From NCBI GenBank assembly GCA_965660855.1, contig CBFIBM010000001.1:63615-127614 (forward strand): a DNA stretch of 64,000 bases. Reading direction: 5' to 3'. Of the stretch, positions 60,312 through 64,000 are shown piece after piece. Source of the DNA: an uncultured bacterium (GTDB taxonomy: Bacteria > Fidelibacterota > Marinisomatia > Marinisomatales > UBA1611). A program made the translations under genes and the position numbers. Under the pieces are notes generated by a model. That model worked only from the letters and a program-made list of their open reading frames with translations, had not been told where the DNA came from and made no database searches. Numbering within the stretch: the stretch's first letter is position 1; each line of letters starts with the position of its first letter.

Positions 60312-61145
60312 ATGTTGTTAACTAAATACTTGACTAAAGTTCTTTTATTTTTTTCTCTATTGAGTTCACAATATTATGAAGTTGGTGACCAAGTTGAAAA
60401 TTTTGGAGCTTCTATATGCATGAATGGCAATGCTAACGACACTTGGAGTTTTGAGGAGCACGGAATAAATAAAGTTATATTTTTAAGTATTTTTGCAACT
60501 TGGTGAGGAGGATGTCAGGCGGAGGCTCCGCAATTAGAGGCAGTTAAACAACAATTTATAAACGAAGAAGTTATAATAATTACAGCAGGTAAAAGTTGGG
60601 GCCAACCATATACCTGCGAACAATGGGCAACAAATTTTGGATTAACTATACCCATTTTAGATGATGAAATTGATTCGCTATCAAGCTTATTTGGTAACTC
60701 AATTCCTCACAATGTAGTTATAGATGGTAATGGTCAAATAGTATACACATCTAATGGTCATAATCTTACAGGTATTATTAGTGTCATGGAAAATTCATTA
60801 AGTACTATTATCGAAGACTATGACGGCGATGGAATTTTGGATGATCAAGATAACTGCACTGAAATACAAAACCCGTCACAAAATGATACTGATTTAGATG
60901 GAATTGGAGATGCCTGTGATTTTTGTGATAATTTGAACATCTTTATCGATGGTAATATCTATGGAGAGATTGATAATCAAATGAATTATGACATTGATAT
61001 TTTTGACTTAATAACTTTACTTGATATTATTGCAAGTAATGATATTACTAATTGTGGTTATGAAATTGGAGATATTACAAATGATGGAAATGTAAATATC
61101 ATTGATGCAATTGCACTGCTTCAAAGAATTCTTAATCCAATTTAA
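60312..61145 (+). CDS. Putative selenoprotein: signal peptide + TlpA/AhpC-like thioredoxin fold (UxxC) + TSP3 repeats + dockerin-like domain, 277 aa
   Basis: Track ORFs 60312-60506 and 60786-61145 share a frame and are separated only by TGA 60504-60506 in FATW-U-GGCQAEAP; no other stop; IPHNVVIDGNG cis-Pro motif; SECIS-like hairpin downstream. Confidence 0.8.
60513..60542 (+). promoter_or_regulatory. Candidate bacterial SECIS element
   Basis: GCGGA-GGC-TCCGC hairpin (60519-60531) starting 12 nt after the UGA, G first in loop; possible lower stem UGUC/GGCA. Confidence 0.65.
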
Positions 61146-61259
61146 ATTTATCATTAGTTACTTAACCTGGTATGAAGTACAATAAATATTATATTTGATA
61201 AAAAATTCTAAGTACTAATTAAATATATTATTATGGTTTGTTTCTTAAAAAAAATGTAA

Positions 61260-63584
61260 ATGAATAATAAACCTCTGCTAACCTTATTTTTTATCTATTT
61301 GAGTTGTTCAACTCAAGAAAAGGACTATACACAGTATGTTAACCCTCTAATAGGGTCAGATTCATCTTTTTTATTATCTAACGGAAATACTTACCCAGCG
61401 ATTGCATTACCCTGGGGAATGAATTTTTGGACTCCTCAAACAGGGGAGATGGGAAATGGATGGATTTATACTGAAAAAAATTCTGGTTTAGTAGGAATAC
61501 GCCAGACTCATCAACCAAGCCCTTGGATAAATGATTATGGAGCTTTTTCTATTATGCCAATCAGAGGGGAATTAAGAGTCTTAGAAAATGATCGTAAATC
61601 GCAATATAAAAATATCAAGGTATTACCTCATTATTACAAAGTTGAATTGTTAGAATCCAAGACAATAGTAGAGCTAGCTCCAACTAAAAGGTCAGCACAT
61701 TTTAAAATACAATTTTCAGGTGAAGCTAAATCTCATATAATTATAGATGCTTTTTTTAAAGAATCGAAAATTAAAATAATACCAGAAGAAAACAAAGTTA
61801 TTGGTGTAGCAAAAAATAATTCGGGTGGTGTACCGAAAAATTTTGCAAATTATTTTATAATTGAATTTGACACACCTTTTAATGACTATGGAACATGGAA
61901 TGGTGATGCGGAAATATTTTCAAATAATGAACTTTCAGGATCTCATGTAGGAAGTTTTGTCAGTTTTTCAAATATTAAAAGTAATATTATTCAAGTTAGA
62001 ATATCTTCATCTTTTATTAGCCATGATCAGGCCCAAATTAATTTAGCTAGGGAGATACCTAAATCACAATCTTTTGAAAAAACAAAAGAACTTGCAAGAA
62101 TTTGCTGGAACAACGAGTTATCGAGGATAAAAATAAAACCTTCAAAAAAACAAAATATCTTGCATAATAAAGAATCTTCTAGTACGGTTGATAAATCTAA
62201 ATCAGACGTTATTAAATTTTACTCTAGTTTGTATAGAACACTTCTATTCCCAAGAGAATTTCATGAATATAATGCACAAGGCGACCAAATTCACTATAGC
62301 CCATATAATGGAAAAATTGAGAAGGGTCCACTGTACACGGACAATGGATTTTGGGATACTTTTAGAGCGGTATTTCCTTTTTATACATTATTGTATCCTG
62401 AAAAATTAGGTGGAATTCTACAAGGTATTATGGTTAATCCGTATAAAGAAAGTGGATGGTTACCTGAATGGTCAAGTCCAGGACATCGAGATTGCATGAT
62501 CGGATCAAATTCAGCTTCAATTATTTCAGAAGCATATCTCAAAGGGGTTTCTAATTTTGATATTGAAACTGCATATAAAGGAATAATAAACAGTTCTAAA
62601 AATGAAGGGCCATTAAGCTCTGTTGGTAGAAGAGGAGCAAAAGAGTATGACAGATTAGGTTTTATTCCTTATGATACTCAAATTAATGAAAGTGTTGCTA
62701 GGACCTTGGAATACTCTTATAACGATTACTGTATATGGAAATTAGCTGAGAAATTAGGAAAGCCAGATAACGAAATAAACTTATTCAAAAGTAGATCTTT
62801 TAATTACATGAATGTCTTTGATTCTACTACAAATTTTATGAGAGGTAGATCTTCACTTGGAGAGTTTGAAAGCCCTTTTAGACCAGATAAATGGGGAGGA
62901 GTTTTCACTGAGGGAAGTGCATGGCACTATACATGGTCTGTTCTACATGACCCACAAGGATTAATCAATTTGATGGGTGGTAAAAAGAATTTTATAAAAA
63001 AAATGGATATGATATTTACTTCTAAACCAACTTCAGATTATAGTTATTATGGCTTTAAAATTCATGAAATACTAGAAATGGAATTAGCAGGAATGGGTCA
63101 ATATGCACACGGAAATCAACCAATTCAGCATGCAATATACCTCTATAATTACGCTCAGCAGCCATGGAAAACACAAGAGAAAGTAAGATATGTTATGGAT
63201 AACTTATATGGTGCAGGGGCAGATGGATATTGTGGGGATGAAGATAACGGGCAAACGTCAGCATGGTTTGTTTTCTCATCTCTAGGCTTTTATCCAGTGG
63301 CACCTGTAACTGGTCAATATGTCATAGGTAGCCCACTATTTGAAGAGGTAACCATAGAGCTAAGCGATGGGAAAAAGTTGAAAATTAAGGCCCCAAATAA
63401 TAGTGAGAAAAATATTTATATAAAAAGCTTGAAGTTTAATAAGACTTTATCTAACCAGAGTTGGGTCGATCATAATGATTTAAAAAATGGAGGAATCATC
63501 GAATTTGATATGTCCAGTGTTCCCAATTTTCAATGGGGTTCAAGTGAAGACTCTACGCCATACTCAATGACAAAAAAAGAGTGA
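61260..63584 (+). CDS. GH92 alpha-mannosidase (probable lipoprotein)
   Basis: YVNPLIGS, GNTYPA..LPWGM, THQPSPWINDYG, GFWDTFRA, TEGSAWHY, HGNQP, GDEDNGQTSAW. Confidence 0.93.
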   Translation: MNNKPLLTLFFIYLSCSTQEKDYTQYVNPLIGSDSSFLLSNGNTYPAIALPWGMNFWTPQTGEMGNGWIYTEKNSGLVGIRQTHQPSPWINDYGAFSIMPIRGELRVLENDRKSQYKNIKVLPHYYKVELLESKTIVELAPTKRSAHFKIQFSGEAKSHIIIDAFFKESKIKIIPEENKVIGVAKNNSGGVPKNFANYFIIEFDTPFNDYGTWNGDAEIFSNNELSGSHVGSFVSFSNIKSNIIQVRISSSFISHDQAQINLAREIPKSQSFEKTKELARICWNNELSRIKIKPSKKQNILHNKESSSTVDKSKSDVIKFYSSLYRTLLFPREFHEYNAQGDQIHYSPYNGKIEKGPLYTDNGFWDTFRAVFPFYTLLYPEKLGGILQGIMVNPYKESGWLPEWSSPGHRDCMIGSNSASIISEAYLKGVSNFDIETAYKGIINSSKNEGPLSSVGRRGAKEYDRLGFIPYDTQINESVARTLEYSYNDYCIWKLAEKLGKPDNEINLFKSRSFNYMNVFDSTTNFMRGRSSLGEFESPFRPDKWGGVFTEGSAWHYTWSVLHDPQGLINLMGGKKNFIKKMDMIFTSKPTSDYSYYGFKIHEILEMELAGMGQYAHGNQPIQHAIYLYNYAQQPWKTQEKVRYVMDNLYGAGADGYCGDEDNGQTSAWFVFSSLGFYPVAPVTGQYVIGSPLFEEVTIELSDGKKLKIKAPNNSEKNIYIKSLKFNKTLSNQSWVDHNDLKNGGIIEFDMSSVPNFQWGSSEDSTPYSMTKKE

Positions 63585-63588
63585 AGTT

Positions 63589-63999
63589 TTATTTTTTACT
63601 ATTTATTCTTCCAAAATTAGCAATGTATAAATAACAGAGGGTTAAAATTATCAGAGCAATTTTAAATCCCATGAGGTCTGTTAATAATCCGTAAAGAGGA
63701 GGGATAATAGCTCCCCCGACTATACCTGTGCATAAAAGTCCAGACCCTTTTGGTTTTAGATCGCCCAAACCATTCAAAGACAGGGTGAAAATGGTGGGAA
63801 ACATAATTGAATTGAATAATCCAACAGCTAAAATACTACACATTGATAATAATCCATTTGTAATTGCTGAAATAAGTATCATGGCAACAGCTGAAATGGC
63901 AAAAATACTAAGAACTTTTCCTGCATTGAAAATTTTTGTAAGGTAACTACCTGCAAATCTTCCAATCATTGCTCCAGACCAGTAAAAAGTAACAAATAA
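63589..63999 (-). CDS. Glucose/galactose (FucP/GluP-family) MFS transporter, C-terminal part (runs off window)
   Basis: FYWSGAMIGRF, GLFNSIMFPTIF, IVGGAIIP. Confidence 0.88.
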   Translation of the reverse strand, partial: LFVTFYWSGAMIGRFAGSYLTKIFNAGKVLSIFAISAVAMILISAITNGLLSMCSILAVGLFNSIMFPTIFTLSLNGLGDLKPKGSGLLCTGIVGGAIIPPLYGLLTDLMGFKIALIILTLCYLYIANFGRINSKK

Positions 64000-64000
64000 T

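Noticed and set aside
60504-60506. Genome-wide UGA reassignment to Trp or Gly as the cause of the in-frame TGA
   Set aside because: prfB with its UGA frameshift site is intact, many genes end in TGA, and Trp is encoded by TGG throughout

Overview
AT-rich bacterial chromosome segment. The gene content (PcrB/GGGP synthase, T9SS-type C-terminal sorting domain, TamB/TamA, MoxR-DUF58, bifunctional FTCD) points to the FCB superphylum, most plausibly Marinimicrobia/SAR406; this is inference. Positions 1-57.8 kb are mostly one long, tightly packed + strand housekeeping run: apbE, pduO, ispH-pdxST-dxs, an acyl-CoA mutase, an archaeal-type GAPDH homolog, tilS-hpt-ftsH-folP-cdaA-prfB-lysS-lolCED-clpC-dnaK, tamB/tamA, moxR, efp-accBC-gcvH-GGGPS-gmhA-xerD, ftcd-mutL-miaA-pyrRBC, rplM-rpsI-rpsB-tsf-pyrH-frr, then nrdJ (- strand) and der. 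From 57.8 kb an accessory region surrounds tRNA-fMet. Main items missed or mis-called by the ORF track: (1) a likely secreted selenoprotein at 60312-61145 with an in-frame TGA in a W-U-G-G-C thioredoxin motif, a SECIS-like hairpin, and TSP3 and dockerin-like tails, divergent from a 19-Cys secreted protein; (2) an orphan Pycsar-type membrane effector coupled to a collagen-like lipoprotein; (3) three genes (pdxT, folP, site-2 protease) that appear to start at ATT/ATC; (4) sigma54-like promoters with shared TGACA-N3-TGTCA-like boxes at ftsH and dnaK; (5) small unlisted ORFs (nqrM, a 41-aa membrane peptide) and the prfB frameshift. All calls come from reading motifs by eye; no database search was run.
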